This document shows positions 1 to 8,282 of a stretch of DNA of 41,898 nt, piece after piece. The translations under genes were made by a program, and so were the position numbers. The notes below the pieces were generated by a model. It made no database searches. It was not told the origin of the DNA and was given only the letters and a program-made list of their open reading frames with translations. Origin of the DNA: a virus (Duplodnaviria; Caudoviricetes); the IMG/VR virus record IMGVR_UViG_3300037440_000669, positions 1 through 41,898 of that record. The stretch is one strand, 5' to 3'. Within the stretch, counting starts at the first letter, position 1, and each line of letters opens with the position of its first letter.

Positions 1-111
1 CGTGCTGGAGAGGTCGGTGGCCGTGGTCGGTGCACGGGCGGCCACCGGGTACGGCGCCCATGTCGCTCGCCAGCTCGGGTACGGGCTGGCCGAGCAGGAC
101 TGGACGGTGGT
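1..111 (+). pseudogene. dprA: dprA 5' fragment (host DNA-processing protein A), cut by prophage insertion; begins upstream of the window
   Basis: Frame 2 reads ERSVAVVGARAATGYGAHVARQLGYGLAEQDWTVV, the DprA/Smf 'VAVVGAR..T.YG' motif. Similarity ends exactly at the GTGGT core (107-111). Confidence 0.93.
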
Positions 112-131
112 GAGGTACGGCTATCTACAGC
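92..131. other. attL (core GTGGT 107-111)
   Basis: Host/phage junction. The phage arm ggtgaggtacggcta (109-123) is an imperfect inverted repeat of the attR phage arm tagccgacctgcacc. Confidence 0.88.
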
Positions 132-1591
132 CAGTCCAGCACGACGCGGCCGCGGGCGGGCTGAGCCCGGTAGGAGGCCGGTCGGATCAAGATCCGCCCG
201 ACGAGCGACCGCAGCGCCTGCTGGCGCTCGTGGGGCAGCATCTGCGGCCACAGCGCCACCAGGTGCTCGGCGAGCTGGACGGTCTGCTCTACCGGCCGCA
301 CCGCGGCGACCTCCTGGAGCTCGTCGAGCCGGCGGACCAGCTGCTGCTCGCTGGCGGCCAGCTGGGCCATGGTCGCCTCGTACACCGGGTCGGTGACCTG
401 CCCGCGTGCCCACCCGTCGGCCAGGCGGACCATCGCCGCCCGGGTGTCGGCGAGCTCCCGGTCGACCCGGGCGGCGTCTCCGCCGGCGCGTGCGGCCCGG
501 GCGGTGCGGCTGACCGCGGCGGCGACGTCGCCGCGCAGCCGCGCGATGTGCTCGGTGACCTGGCGGAGGATCTCGGCCTCGACGTAGGCCAGGGTGAGCA
601 TGCCGCAGCCGGCGCAGGTGCCGCGGCCCTGCCGGTGGTCGCGGCAGAACACGCCGTGGCCCCGCTCGCGACCGCCGGGGCGGCGCTGGGGGGTTACGCC
701 GGCGGCGCCCTCGCAGCGGCCGCAGACGGCCAGCCCGGTGATGGAGTAGCGGGCCTCGAGGACCCGGGAGGGGGTGCGCCGGTCGCGGCGGATTCGCCTC
801 TGCACGCGCTCCCACGTGGCCTGGTCGACCAGCGGTGGGTGGGCGTCCTGAACTTCGATCGGCTCGCCTCCGCGCGGCCGCAGCCGGACCGTCCCCCGGT
901 AGACCGTGTTGGCCAACAACCTCTTGAAGGCGCTCTCGGTGATGTGGGTATCGAGTTGGTCGCACAGGCGCCGGCGTACGACCCGCACGGGGTCGCCGGC
1001 GGCGTACTCCTCGAACGCGGCCTGGACGGCCGGCCCGGTGGCCTGGTCGGGCTGGAGCCTGCCGTCGGGGCCGCGGCGGTACCCGGCGGGTACGCGGCCG
1101 TGGTGCCGGCCGGCACGGGCCCGCGCGGCGATCGTCTGCCGCCACGCTCGGCCGACCTCCCGGGACCGGTACTGCGCGAGATTCAGGAGGTTGATCAGCA
1201 TCATCTCGCCGACGTCGGTGGAGGTGTCGATCGCCTCGCTGGCGGAGATCACCGTGACGCCATAGGACGTGAGCTCGCGAAGGAACAGCAGCGACTCCAG
1301 CACGTTGCGACCCAGCCGGCTGACGTCGTAGACGGCGATCGCGTCGATCTCCCGGCGCTCGGCGAGGCGCCGTATCCGCTCGATGCCCTCCCGGGCGAAC
1401 GTGGTCCCGGTGCGGTCGAGGTCCTGGACGACGTCGACTTCCCGCCAGCCGGCGGTCGCCCGGCGCATCGCGCCGAGCTGGACGTCCGGGGAGTGGAAGG
1501 TGTCGCCGGCGCGGCCCATCAGCGCGCTGACCCGGACGTAGAGAACCACCCGGCCCGGCTGGTCGGGGACCGCGGCAAGCCGGCGGGTCAA
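125..1591 (-). CDS. int: Large serine recombinase (phage integrase)
   Basis: N-terminal catalytic VLYVRVS and DVSRLGR motifs, recombinase domain, Zn ribbon (CGRC...C...C), coiled coil. TTG start overlaps the repressor TGA, and the stop lies 13 nt from the att core. Confidence 0.95.
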   Translation of the reverse strand: MTRRLAAVPDQPGRVVLYVRVSALMGRAGDTFHSPDVQLGAMRRATAGWREVDVVQDLDRTGTTFAREGIERIRRLAERREIDAIAVYDVSRLGRNVLESLLFLRELTSYGVTVISASEAIDTSTDVGEMMLINLLNLAQYRSREVGRAWRQTIAARARAGRHHGRVPAGYRRGPDGRLQPDQATGPAVQAAFEEYAAGDPVRVVRRRLCDQLDTHITESAFKRLLANTVYRGTVRLRPRGGEPIEVQDAHPPLVDQATWERVQRRIRRDRRTPSRVLEARYSITGLAVCGRCEGAAGVTPQRRPGGRERGHGVFCRDHRQGRGTCAGCGMLTLAYVEAEILRQVTEHIARLRGDVAAAVSRTARAARAGGDAARVDRELADTRAAMVRLADGWARGQVTDPVYEATMAQLAASEQQLVRRLDELQEVAAVRPVEQTVQLAEHLVALWPQMLPHERQQALRSLVGRILIRPASYRAQPARGRVVLDWL

Positions 1592-1992
1592 CGGCGCTCG
1601 CGGATCCGGTCGGCCAGATCCGCCAGGTAGCGCAGCTGGCCCCTGATCAGCTGCTTGTGCTCCTCCGGGACGTCCGGGTCGGCCAGCTGTTCCAGGAGCA
1701 GCCGCACATCCGGATCAATCGGGAGCTCCTGGCGCCGCGGCGTCTCCGGGGCATGGTGCCCGGGCCGCAGGCCTGCGGCTGCGAGTGCCTCGTCAAGGTC
1801 GACGCCGGTGACTCGCGCGACCCGCAGCACTATCTCCGCCTGCTCGGGGCGCTGCTCACCAGCCTCCCATCGGTAGACGGTGGCGCGTCCGACGTTCGCG
1901 GCCCTCGCGAGCTGGGCGCGGGTGAGCCCGGTGTGCTCACGTGCGGCGCGTACGTAGCTGGCCCACGTCCCGCCGAGCGCCTTGTCTCGCAT
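1588..1992 (-). CDS. XRE-family HTH immunity repressor (start uncertain; ORF open to 2124)
   Basis: VRAAREHTGLTRAQLARAANVGRATVYRWEAG HTH. Divergent from a Cro-like gene and coupled to int. Confidence 0.85.
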   Translation of the reverse strand: MRDKALGGTWASYVRAAREHTGLTRAQLARAANVGRATVYRWEAGEQRPEQAEIVLRVARVTGVDLDEALAAAGLRPGHHAPETPRRQELPIDPDVRLLLEQLADPDVPEEHKQLIRGQLRYLADLADRIRERR

Positions 1993-2198
1993 GCGCAACA
2001 CGGTACCGGAGCGGAGCCGATTGGGCGATCTCCGCTCGCGGCGCTCGCGGCGCTGACGATAGCCGACCGTGACTAGTGTCCGTTGCATATGCGAGACAGT
2101 ACATGTCCCGGTCGCGGGATACATTCATCCGATCGGGTGGATTGTATCGCTTGCGCAACACGCCGGGTGGTGGCAGCGTGTGTCTCGTGCTCGATACC
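1983..2198. promoter_or_regulatory. Repeated 18-bp operators of the lysis/lysogeny switch
   Basis: TGTCTCGCATGCGCAACA (1983-2000), TGTCTCGCATATGCAACG (minus strand, 2081-2098), TGTATCGCTTGCGCAACA (2143-2160), and a weaker copy at 2181-2198. Confidence 0.75.
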
Positions 2199-2432
2199 CA
2201 TCCATCATCCGAGCCCGAGACTGCGACAGTCCGCCTCGACTGGCAGCTGATCGATGCTCGCTGCGTAGAGCTCGGCGCTACCACAGGAGCCGAGCGCGCT
2301 CTGCTGCTCGGAGCCGGCCGTGCCCAGCTCTACCGGTGGCGCCACGGAACCAACGACATCGGGCTGGCGCGTGCAGGCGGGGTCGCCGCCCGACTCGGGC
2401 TGGCACTGACCGACATCATCCAGGGCGCCTGA
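2076..2432 (+). CDS. Cro-like HTH regulator (true start probably ~2180)
   Basis: ERALLLGAGRAQLYRWRHG..IGL..A..VAARLGL HTH. First gene of the rightward early operon. Confidence 0.75.
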   Translation: MSVAYARQYMSRSRDTFIRSGGLYRLRNTPGGGSVCLVLDTHPSSEPETATVRLDWQLIDARCVELGATTGAERALLLGAGRAQLYRWRHGTNDIGLARAGGVAARLGLALTDIIQGA

Positions 2433-2803
2433 TGGCGAAGCCACCGAGCCCGCCGCCGCAGGGGCCATCGCCCGGGCCACGACCGCCGGCGAGTCCGCCC
2501 GCGCCGCGACCACCGGCGGGGCCGCGGCCCGGGACCACCACCGTCTCTCTCGATCCGGACAGCCCGCGCGGTAGGGAGGCTGCCGCGGAGCTGACCGGCC
2601 TGTTCGCCCGCGTGTACCTGCGTCTGGCGCAGCAGCACGGCCGCGCTGGCGAGCTCGGCGAGCCGGCCGCCCCTGATCGTCCGGCGCCGGTCCCACCCGC
2701 CGCCTCGACCCCCGGCGGCAATGGCCGGGCCGGCGCCGGACATCCACCTAGCAGCAGTTGGCCCCGGTCGCGGTCTGGACGCGCCGGGGCCTCGACCAGA
2801 TAG
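2432..2803 (+). CDS. Hypothetical Pro-rich early protein
   Basis: ATG overlaps the Cro stop (TGATG). Ordered core VSLDPDSPRGREAAAELTGLFARVYLRL. Confidence 0.55.
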   Translation: MAKPPSPPPQGPSPGPRPPASPPAPRPPAGPRPGTTTVSLDPDSPRGREAAAELTGLFARVYLRLAQQHGRAGELGEPAAPDRPAPVPPAASTPGGNGRAGAGHPPSSSWPRSRSGRAGASTR

Positions 2804-2812
2804 GAGCTGGCC

Positions 2813-3697
2813 GTGAAACCCAACCTACCTGACCTACCTGAGCCGCCGGGATTGCCGCGGCTGATCGAGTTCGTGCGCGACCTGGCCGCGGACCGGGGGA
2901 TGCCGGAGTCGGTGGTGCTGGCACAGTCGCGCGCCGGGTACGACCCGGGCGACTCGCTGGCTGCCAGCTGGGGGGTCACCGAGGCCGAGCTGGACGGGCT
3001 GCACCAGGTGTACCTGGATGTGGAGCGGTTGGAGCGGTCCGGCTCGACCGGTCCGGACCGCGCCGCCGACACCCCGACCGTCGCGCAGCCCGAGGGGGTG
3101 TGCCGCTGGTGCGTGCTGGCCCGGCATGACCTGTGCATCGCGGCCGGCGGGTGGCCGTGCACGTGCGCGTGCGCGTGCCGGATGGCCGACGTCATGCTCG
3201 CCGAGACGGCCGGCCCGGGCGCTGATGGCGACCTGGACGAGCCCGACCGGTGCCCGCGATGCGGGGGTGGTCACGACCGCATCGATCGACGAGAGCCCTG
3301 CCCAACCGAGCCTGCCGCCGAGCCGTTGCGCGTGAAGCCGCACGCGGTCGCCGAGCCGTCGCGCGTGAAGACGGTGGCTGTTCAGCCGGGGCAGCGGGTC
3401 CGGGTTGGTGGCCACACCTACACGGTGATGGGCACGGAGACAGCGGCTTGGCTGCTGCCCCGGCAGCCGAAGGTGCCGACGGTCGGTAGCCGCGTGCGGT
3501 TGCTGGATGGCCGGCACACCGGAGTGGTGGTGGAGGTCCTGGACCGTTGCCCCCAGGCTGGTTGCCACCTGGGGGCGGTCAGGGTGCGGCGCGACCCCGG
3601 CAACTTCCCGGCGTGGCCGGTCGATGTCGGGTTGTGGCACCTGGGGCAGGCGATCCCGGTAGATGCCGCGTTCATCCCTGATGGGGACGGCCGGTGA
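2813..3697 (+). CDS. Hypothetical protein with Cys clusters and a beta-rich C-terminus
   Basis: AGGAG RBS; CxxC, CxCxC and CPRC motifs; stop overlaps the next start. Confidence 0.65.
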   Translation: MKPNLPDLPEPPGLPRLIEFVRDLAADRGMPESVVLAQSRAGYDPGDSLAASWGVTEAELDGLHQVYLDVERLERSGSTGPDRAADTPTVAQPEGVCRWCVLARHDLCIAAGGWPCTCACACRMADVMLAETAGPGADGDLDEPDRCPRCGGGHDRIDRREPCPTEPAAEPLRVKPHAVAEPSRVKTVAVQPGQRVRVGGHTYTVMGTETAAWLLPRQPKVPTVGSRVRLLDGRHTGVVVEVLDRCPQAGCHLGAVRVRRDPGNFPAWPVDVGLWHLGQAIPVDAAFIPDGDGR

Positions 3698-4308
3698 CCG
3701 CGGTGGTGCCGGCGCAGCGGGATCCGCAGCAGCAGCTGCGGGCGGCGGCGGCGGCCGGTGACCGGGTCGCGTTCGGGCAGTTGTGTGTGGCGGCACGCCC
3801 GCACGTGCTGCGGGTGGTGCTGCACCGCTGCGGGGATCGGCAGCTGGCCGAGGATGTGACGCAGGACGCGATCGCCAGGGCGTTGTCGCGGGCGTCGTCG
3901 TACCGGGATCTGGGCCGGCCGTTCGAGGCGTGGCTGGTGACGATCGCCTGCCGGCTGGTGGTCGACCACGCGAAGTCGGGGTGGCGCCGCTACATGGTGG
4001 CCGCCGGTGGGCCGGATGACCTGCCGCCGGCGCCGACGTCGCTGGGGCGGCCTGTTGTGGAGCCGGACGTGGTGGTGGTGGAGCGTCTGACCCATCTCGA
4101 GCATGCTCGGGTGCTGGCGGCTGCGCTGCGCTGCCTGAGCCGGCCGCAGCGCACGGTGCTGCAGCTGCGGTTCTGGCGGGGACTGTCCGTGGAGGACACG
4201 GCGGCGGCGATGGGGCTGTCCCGGGCGGCGTGTAAGGCGGTGCAGCACCGGGCGATCCGCACTCTGGCCCGCCAGGAGGCGCTCCGGTCTCTGCGGGCGG
4301 TGATCTGA
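3694..4308 (+). CDS. ECF sigma-70 factor, BldN-like
   Basis: Region 2 (AEDVTQD..RAL, FEAWLVTIA.RLVVDH.KS) and region 4 (LS..QR.VL.LRF..GLSVEDTA..MG......K..QHRA.RTL). Confidence 0.9.
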   Translation: MTAVVPAQRDPQQQLRAAAAAGDRVAFGQLCVAARPHVLRVVLHRCGDRQLAEDVTQDAIARALSRASSYRDLGRPFEAWLVTIACRLVVDHAKSGWRRYMVAAGGPDDLPPAPTSLGRPVVEPDVVVVERLTHLEHARVLAAALRCLSRPQRTVLQLRFWRGLSVEDTAAAMGLSRAACKAVQHRAIRTLARQEALRSLRAVI

Positions 4309-4544
4309 TGATCCGCCGCCTCGCCCACGGCCTGCTCGCCGCCGGCATCCTCATGCTCGTCGCCGCCTCCGGCCACCAGGCCGCCACCATGCCCAGCACC
4401 CGCGCCAACGGGCAGGCGCTACCGGCCGCCAACGCCTACTCGGCGTCGGTGACCGCCACGCTGATCCTGGCGCTCGGGCTGCTGATCCTCGCCGCGCTGC
4501 CCGGCCTGTTCCGCCGCCGCCCGCCGCGTGAGGTGACCTCGTGA
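4308..4544 (+). CDS. Small membrane protein
   Basis: Two hydrophobic segments; coupled start/stop. Confidence 0.6.
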   Translation: MIRRLAHGLLAAGILMLVAASGHQAATMPSTRANGQALPAANAYSASVTATLILALGLLILAALPGLFRRRPPREVTS

Positions 4545-4882
4545 CCCGGCGCCGGCTGACCGGGGTGCCCGCCCGGGCGGTGCTGGAGCAGCTCACCGAT
4601 GCGCAGCGGGAGCTGCTGGCCGGTGTCCGGGCGCAGCAGGTGGGCCGTTTCCGGATCAACGCAGTCAGCACGCTGGCTGAGGGCGAGGACGTGTGGGTGC
4701 GGGCGGCTGGTGACTACCGGCGGGTGGGCCGGCGGCTGCGCCGGCTGGTCCGGCTGGGGCTGGTGGTGCTGCCCGAGGCCGAGCTGGAGGCGGCGCAGGC
4801 TGCCGGCCGGGCGGAGTGCCTGTGGCAGCTGACCGGGCTGGGTACCGCGGTGCTGGCCGAGCTCGCCCGGGGTGGCGCGTGA
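4541..4882 (+). CDS. Hypothetical protein, possible winged helix
   Basis: GAGG RBS; GTGA overlap; LRRLVRLGLV...WQLT.LG pattern. Confidence 0.6.
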   Translation: MTRRRLTGVPARAVLEQLTDAQRELLAGVRAQQVGRFRINAVSTLAEGEDVWVRAAGDYRRVGRRLRRLVRLGLVVLPEAELEAAQAAGRAECLWQLTGLGTAVLAELARGGA

Positions 4883-5082
4883 TGGTCCGGCCGTTCGAGA
4901 GGCAGGTGGCGGCGGCGCTCGCGGTCCTGCGGGCCGCCCCGGGGTCGGTGCAGCGGGGGGACGCGCTGACCAGCCTGGCGGAATGGCGGGCCGCGACGAT
5001 GCTGGCTGCCGGCGCCGACCCGGCCGACCTGGACCGCAACGGCCGGTACGCGCCTTCCTGGTCCCGTGGCGGGCGGTCGTGA
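4882..5082 (+). CDS. Hypothetical protein
   Basis: TGATG coupling at both ends. Confidence 0.5.
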   Translation: MVRPFERQVAAALAVLRAAPGSVQRGDALTSLAEWRAATMLAAGADPADLDRNGRYAPSWSRGGRS

Positions 5083-5309
5083 TGTTCGCCGCGGGCGTGG
5101 TGGTGGGCGTGGTGGCCGGCGCTCTGGTGGCCGGTGTGCTGCTCGGCACGGTGATGGCCTACCGGATTCACCAGCTGCAGCTGCAGCTGGCCGCAGCGCA
5201 CCGTTCGGCGGCCCGCCGCGGCCGACTGGACATCTACCGGCCGGATCTCGAGGACCGGCTAGGTGGTGACCTGGCACGCCAGGCGGCAAAGCGTGGGAGG
5301 CGGCCATGA
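5082..5309 (+). CDS. Small protein with N-terminal TM helix
   Basis: MFAAGVVVGVVAGALVAGVLLG; coupled to neighbours. Confidence 0.55.
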   Translation: MFAAGVVVGVVAGALVAGVLLGTVMAYRIHQLQLQLAAAHRSAARRGRLDIYRPDLEDRLGGDLARQAAKRGRRP

Positions 5310-5572
5310 CCCTCTACGGGCAGGTGCTGCAGATTACCGGCTGCGTCCTGATCATGGTGACGGCGGTCGCCCTGACCTGGAGAGTCGCCCGCGCCGCGCA
5401 GCGCCGGCAGCTGTGCCAGGCACGGGCCCGGGCCGCCCGGGCCGAGCACGCCTTGCGGCAGGAGCAGGCCGCCCGGCACCGCCTGTTCGCCCAGGTTGAC
5501 CGGGCGCAGGCCGCGGAGGCGGGGACGGTGCTGATGCACGGGATGACCCCGCGGGGCGTGGGCCACCTATGA
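5306..5572 (+). CDS. Small protein with N-terminal TM helix and coiled coil
   Basis: GGAGG RBS; ATGA overlap. Confidence 0.6.
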   Translation: MTLYGQVLQITGCVLIMVTAVALTWRVARAAQRRQLCQARARAARAEHALRQEQAARHRLFAQVDRAQAAEAGTVLMHGMTPRGVGHL

Positions 5573-5608
5573 GCAACTCCGTGACCGACCAATGAGGAGG
5601 ACTCCACG

Positions 5609-5878
5609 ATGATCCACACTCTGATCTTCGGCGCTCTCGTCGTCGGGTTGGCCGTGCTGGTCTGGTGGGCCTGGCACACCGTGCCGCTGCGGGATCTGGC
5701 CGCGGCGCCCGGCCGTTGGCGCCGCTGGCGTCGCGCTGCCCGCCAGTTTAGGCGGGCCGGCGGCCTCACCCCCGCGCCGCAGCCCGGGCAGCCCGGGTAC
5801 GACGAGCTCGTCTATTTCCGGTCGCTGCGTGTGCGGCAGCCCGGGGAGATCCGGTCCCGCCGCCGGAGGATCGCGTGA
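5609..5878 (+). CDS. Small membrane protein
   Basis: AGGAGG RBS; hydrophobic N-terminus. Confidence 0.65.
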   Translation: MIHTLIFGALVVGLAVLVWWAWHTVPLRDLAAAPGRWRRWRRAARQFRRAGGLTPAPQPGQPGYDELVYFRSLRVRQPGEIRSRRRRIA

Positions 5879-6429
5879 TCACCCGGGCCGCGCCGGCGGC
5901 GACGGCCGGGCCGTGGCGGCTGGTGCTCGCGGCTCCGTGCGCGTGGATCTCGGCGAATGACGGTATGCACTGGGGCGCTCGACCGGCGCTGCTGGACCGG
6001 TGGCGCAACGCCGCCTATCTGTCGTTGCTGGCCCGCTTCGGCGGCCGGGCTGATGCCCCGCCCAAGCAGATGGATCGGGTGCGGGTGGACATCGAGTGCC
6101 ACTTCCGGGACCGGCAGCATCGGGATGCGGCGAACTACCATCCGACCGCCAAGCCGGTGGTCGACGCGCTCGGCCCGCCGTTCCTGCGCCGGCCGACCCG
6201 CCGGCAGCCGCGGGGCCGTTCGGCGCCCGGGTTCGGGCTGCTGGTCGACGACACCCCGGCGCACCTTGACGGGCCTCACGTGACGATCGGTCGGCTGTGG
6301 CGGGAGGTCGCCACGGAGGAGTTGCGTACCGGGATGGCGTTGCGGGACACGCTGCGCCGCACCTGCCCGGGCGGGATGACCGTGACCATCACCGACCTGT
6401 CTGGAGGGACGACGGATGCGGGGACCTGA
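5875..6429 (+). CDS. RusA-like Holliday junction resolvase
   Basis: SAN..HW N-terminus, RDAANY.PTAKPVVDAL and GLLVDD acidic motifs. Confidence 0.75.
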   Translation: MITRAAPAATAGPWRLVLAAPCAWISANDGMHWGARPALLDRWRNAAYLSLLARFGGRADAPPKQMDRVRVDIECHFRDRQHRDAANYHPTAKPVVDALGPPFLRRPTRRQPRGRSAPGFGLLVDDTPAHLDGPHVTIGRLWREVATEELRTGMALRDTLRRTCPGGMTVTITDLSGGTTDAGT

Positions 6430-6703
6430 CCACTTCCTAGCCGGTGAGGAGCACCTGCGTTTGGCGGAAGACCTGTACCGCACGGGCGGAGACGACGAGA
6501 TCGTCGGCGGGCAGCTGGCGGCCGCGATCGCGCAGGCGCACTTCGCCGCGGCGACCGCGGCCGCGCTCGCCGAGCTGGAGGACAACCGCGCGGGAGACCA
6601 GCCGGTGCTGGGCCGGCCGTACGAGGCGAGTGACCGGTGGCGGCGGGTGCTCGTCGACGACCTGGACCCGGAGCTCGAGGGGTGGCGTGGCGATGGCACC
6701 TAG
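6416..6703 (+). CDS. Hypothetical protein
   Basis: GGAGG RBS; overlaps both neighbours. Confidence 0.6.
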   Translation: MRGPDHFLAGEEHLRLAEDLYRTGGDDEIVGGQLAAAIAQAHFAAATAAALAELEDNRAGDQPVLGRPYEASDRWRRVLVDDLDPELEGWRGDGT

Positions 6704-7313
6704 TGGGCGGCCGCGGCGGCTGGCCGGGCCGACGCGGCGGGAAGTGCTGCTGCGCTTCGCCCGCGGTGCGTCGGTGCGGGAGATCGCCGACGGCATGCCG
6801 GACGTGTCCAGTGAGGAGGTCGACCGGCTGCTGTTGGAGGTCGGCATGAACCGGCAGCGGGCGGCCGCACTGGTGCGGGAGGCCGCCGCAGCGCCGGCGG
6901 CGGTGGAGGTGGCGCCGGATGCGGTGCGCGTTGTGTCGGCGGAGGAGCTGCTGCGGCGGGCCGCCTCCGGGCCGCAGCGGCTCCAGACGTTGGCCGCGCG
7001 GATCGAGGCGTACCTGGACAAGCTGCGGGGGCAGCTGCTCGAGGAGGAACAGCTGGCCAAGGCGCGGGCGGAGGTCGCGGCCGCGCACGCCGCGCTGGAG
7101 CGGGCGACCCGGGAGCTTGCGGAGCGCACGGCGCTGCTGCGGGCGGGCCGGGTCCTGCGGGACCGGCCGGCGGAAGTCGACACGCGCTCGCGCCGGGCGG
7201 CGATCCGGGCGTGGGCGGCGGCGGAGGGCATCTCGTGCTCTCAGCGGGGGCGGATCGCTGTCGATGTGGAAGCGCGGTATGACCAGGCGCACGCCGGGGG
7301 GTCCGATGGATGA
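6693..7313 (+). CDS. Coiled-coil protein with C-terminal Lsr2-type DNA-binding domain
   Basis: C-terminal AAIRAWAAAEGISCSQRGRIAVDVEARYD matches the Lsr2 IR.WA...G..VS.RGRI signature. N-terminal HTH-like segment. Confidence 0.8.
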   Translation: MAPSGRPRRLAGPTRREVLLRFARGASVREIADGMPDVSSEEVDRLLLEVGMNRQRAAALVREAAAAPAAVEVAPDAVRVVSAEELLRRAASGPQRLQTLAARIEAYLDKLRGQLLEEEQLAKARAEVAAAHAALERATRELAERTALLRAGRVLRDRPAEVDTRSRRAAIRAWAAAEGISCSQRGRIAVDVEARYDQAHAGGSDG

Positions 7314-7569
7314 GCCGAGGTACGTGGTCAAGCACTGCAGGTCCTGCCATGCGGAGATCATCTGGGCGGAGACGGGCAGGGGTGTCAGCATGCCCGTCGA
7401 CGCGGAGGTCTCGGCGTTCGGCACGGTCACCCTCGATCTGCGGGCCTCCCCGGCGAAGCCGTTGGCACGGGTGGTGCCAGGGAAGCTGGCGTTTGGCCGG
7501 CGGGACTTGCGCCGGCCGCACCACTCCACCTGCCCGTACGCCGCCGAGCATCGCCGGCGGAAGCGGTGA
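7306..7569 (+). CDS. Small Zn-binding phage protein
   Basis: CRSC.AEIIW...G..MPVD ... H..TCP pattern. Confidence 0.7.
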   Translation: MDEPRYVVKHCRSCHAEIIWAETGRGVSMPVDAEVSAFGTVTLDLRASPAKPLARVVPGKLAFGRRDLRRPHHSTCPYAAEHRRRKR

Positions 7570-7775
7570 TCGGGGTGGCGGCCCGGACCCGGGCCCGCGG
7601 CTGCGCGGGGAAGCTGGCGCACGGCAGTCCGCAGGGTGCGCAGGTGCAGATCGCCCGGCTGGTGGCCCAACGTGGCGCCCCGGCGGATGCGTATGAGGCG
7701 TACGAGTGCCGCTGGTGCGGCCGCTGGCACGTCGGGCACCGCAACCCGCGCAAGCGGGGTGGTCGCCGTGCCTGA
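7566..7775 (+). CDS. Small Zn-finger protein
   Basis: C.GK...YECRWCGRWHVGH. Confidence 0.7.
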   Translation: MIGVAARTRARGCAGKLAHGSPQGAQVQIARLVAQRGAPADAYEAYECRWCGRWHVGHRNPRKRGGRRA

Positions 7776-7995
7776 GCCGCTGTTCTTCGAGGCCACCGAT
7801 GAGACCAACGGCCGCGAGCTGGTCGTGACCGCCGCCGAGGACGGCTACGGGTGCGTGGCCGTGTACGGGCCGGGCTGCTGCACGTCCCGGTATCGGGTGG
7901 ACCTGCCCCCGGTAGAGGTGGCCCAGCTGGCGCTGGCGCTCGCCGCGCACGCACACGACGCGCTCGGTGTGGACGAGCTGCGGGAGCGGTTGTGA
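7768..7995 (+). CDS. Hypothetical protein
   Basis: Coupled ORF in the early operon. Confidence 0.55.
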   Translation: MPEPLFFEATDETNGRELVVTAAEDGYGCVAVYGPGCCTSRYRVDLPPVEVAQLALALAAHAHDALGVDELRERL

Positions 7996-8270
7996 TGACG
8001 GTGGCGACCAGGAGGACGCGTTCACGTGTGCCGCCGCACCACTTCGAGCCGGACGAGCAGCTGGGGGCGGAGTCGTACGTGCCGCAGGCGCGGCGTTGTC
8101 TGCCGCGGCGGTGGTGGTGCCGGCGGTGCGGGCTGCTGGGTGAGCCGGGCGATGCCCGGCATCCGGTCGGTGCGCTGCCGCCGCCGGAGCCGGATCCGGT
8201 GTTGGCCCAGGCGGCACGTCAGCGAGATCAGGCTGTGCTGGGTGAGAGGGAGGACGCGGATGATGGGTAA
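7995..8270 (+). CDS. Hypothetical Zn-binding protein
   Basis: H.F.PD...CRRC.L.GEPGDARH; TGATG coupling. Confidence 0.6.
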   Translation: MTVATRRTRSRVPPHHFEPDEQLGAESYVPQARRCLPRRWWCRRCGLLGEPGDARHPVGALPPPEPDPVLAQAARQRDQAVLGEREDADDG

Positions 8271-8282
8271 GCAGGTGCGCTC

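Noticed and set aside
2-1630. 542-aa plus-strand ORF starting in dprA
   Set aside because: Only the first ~37 codons are DprA. The rest is the stop-poor antisense shadow of the integrase, common in high-GC DNA. A chimeric product is possible but unsupported.
3317-3370. 21-nt near-perfect direct repeat (AEP.RVK twice)
   Set aside because: Short in-frame intragenic duplication with no sign of a separate function.
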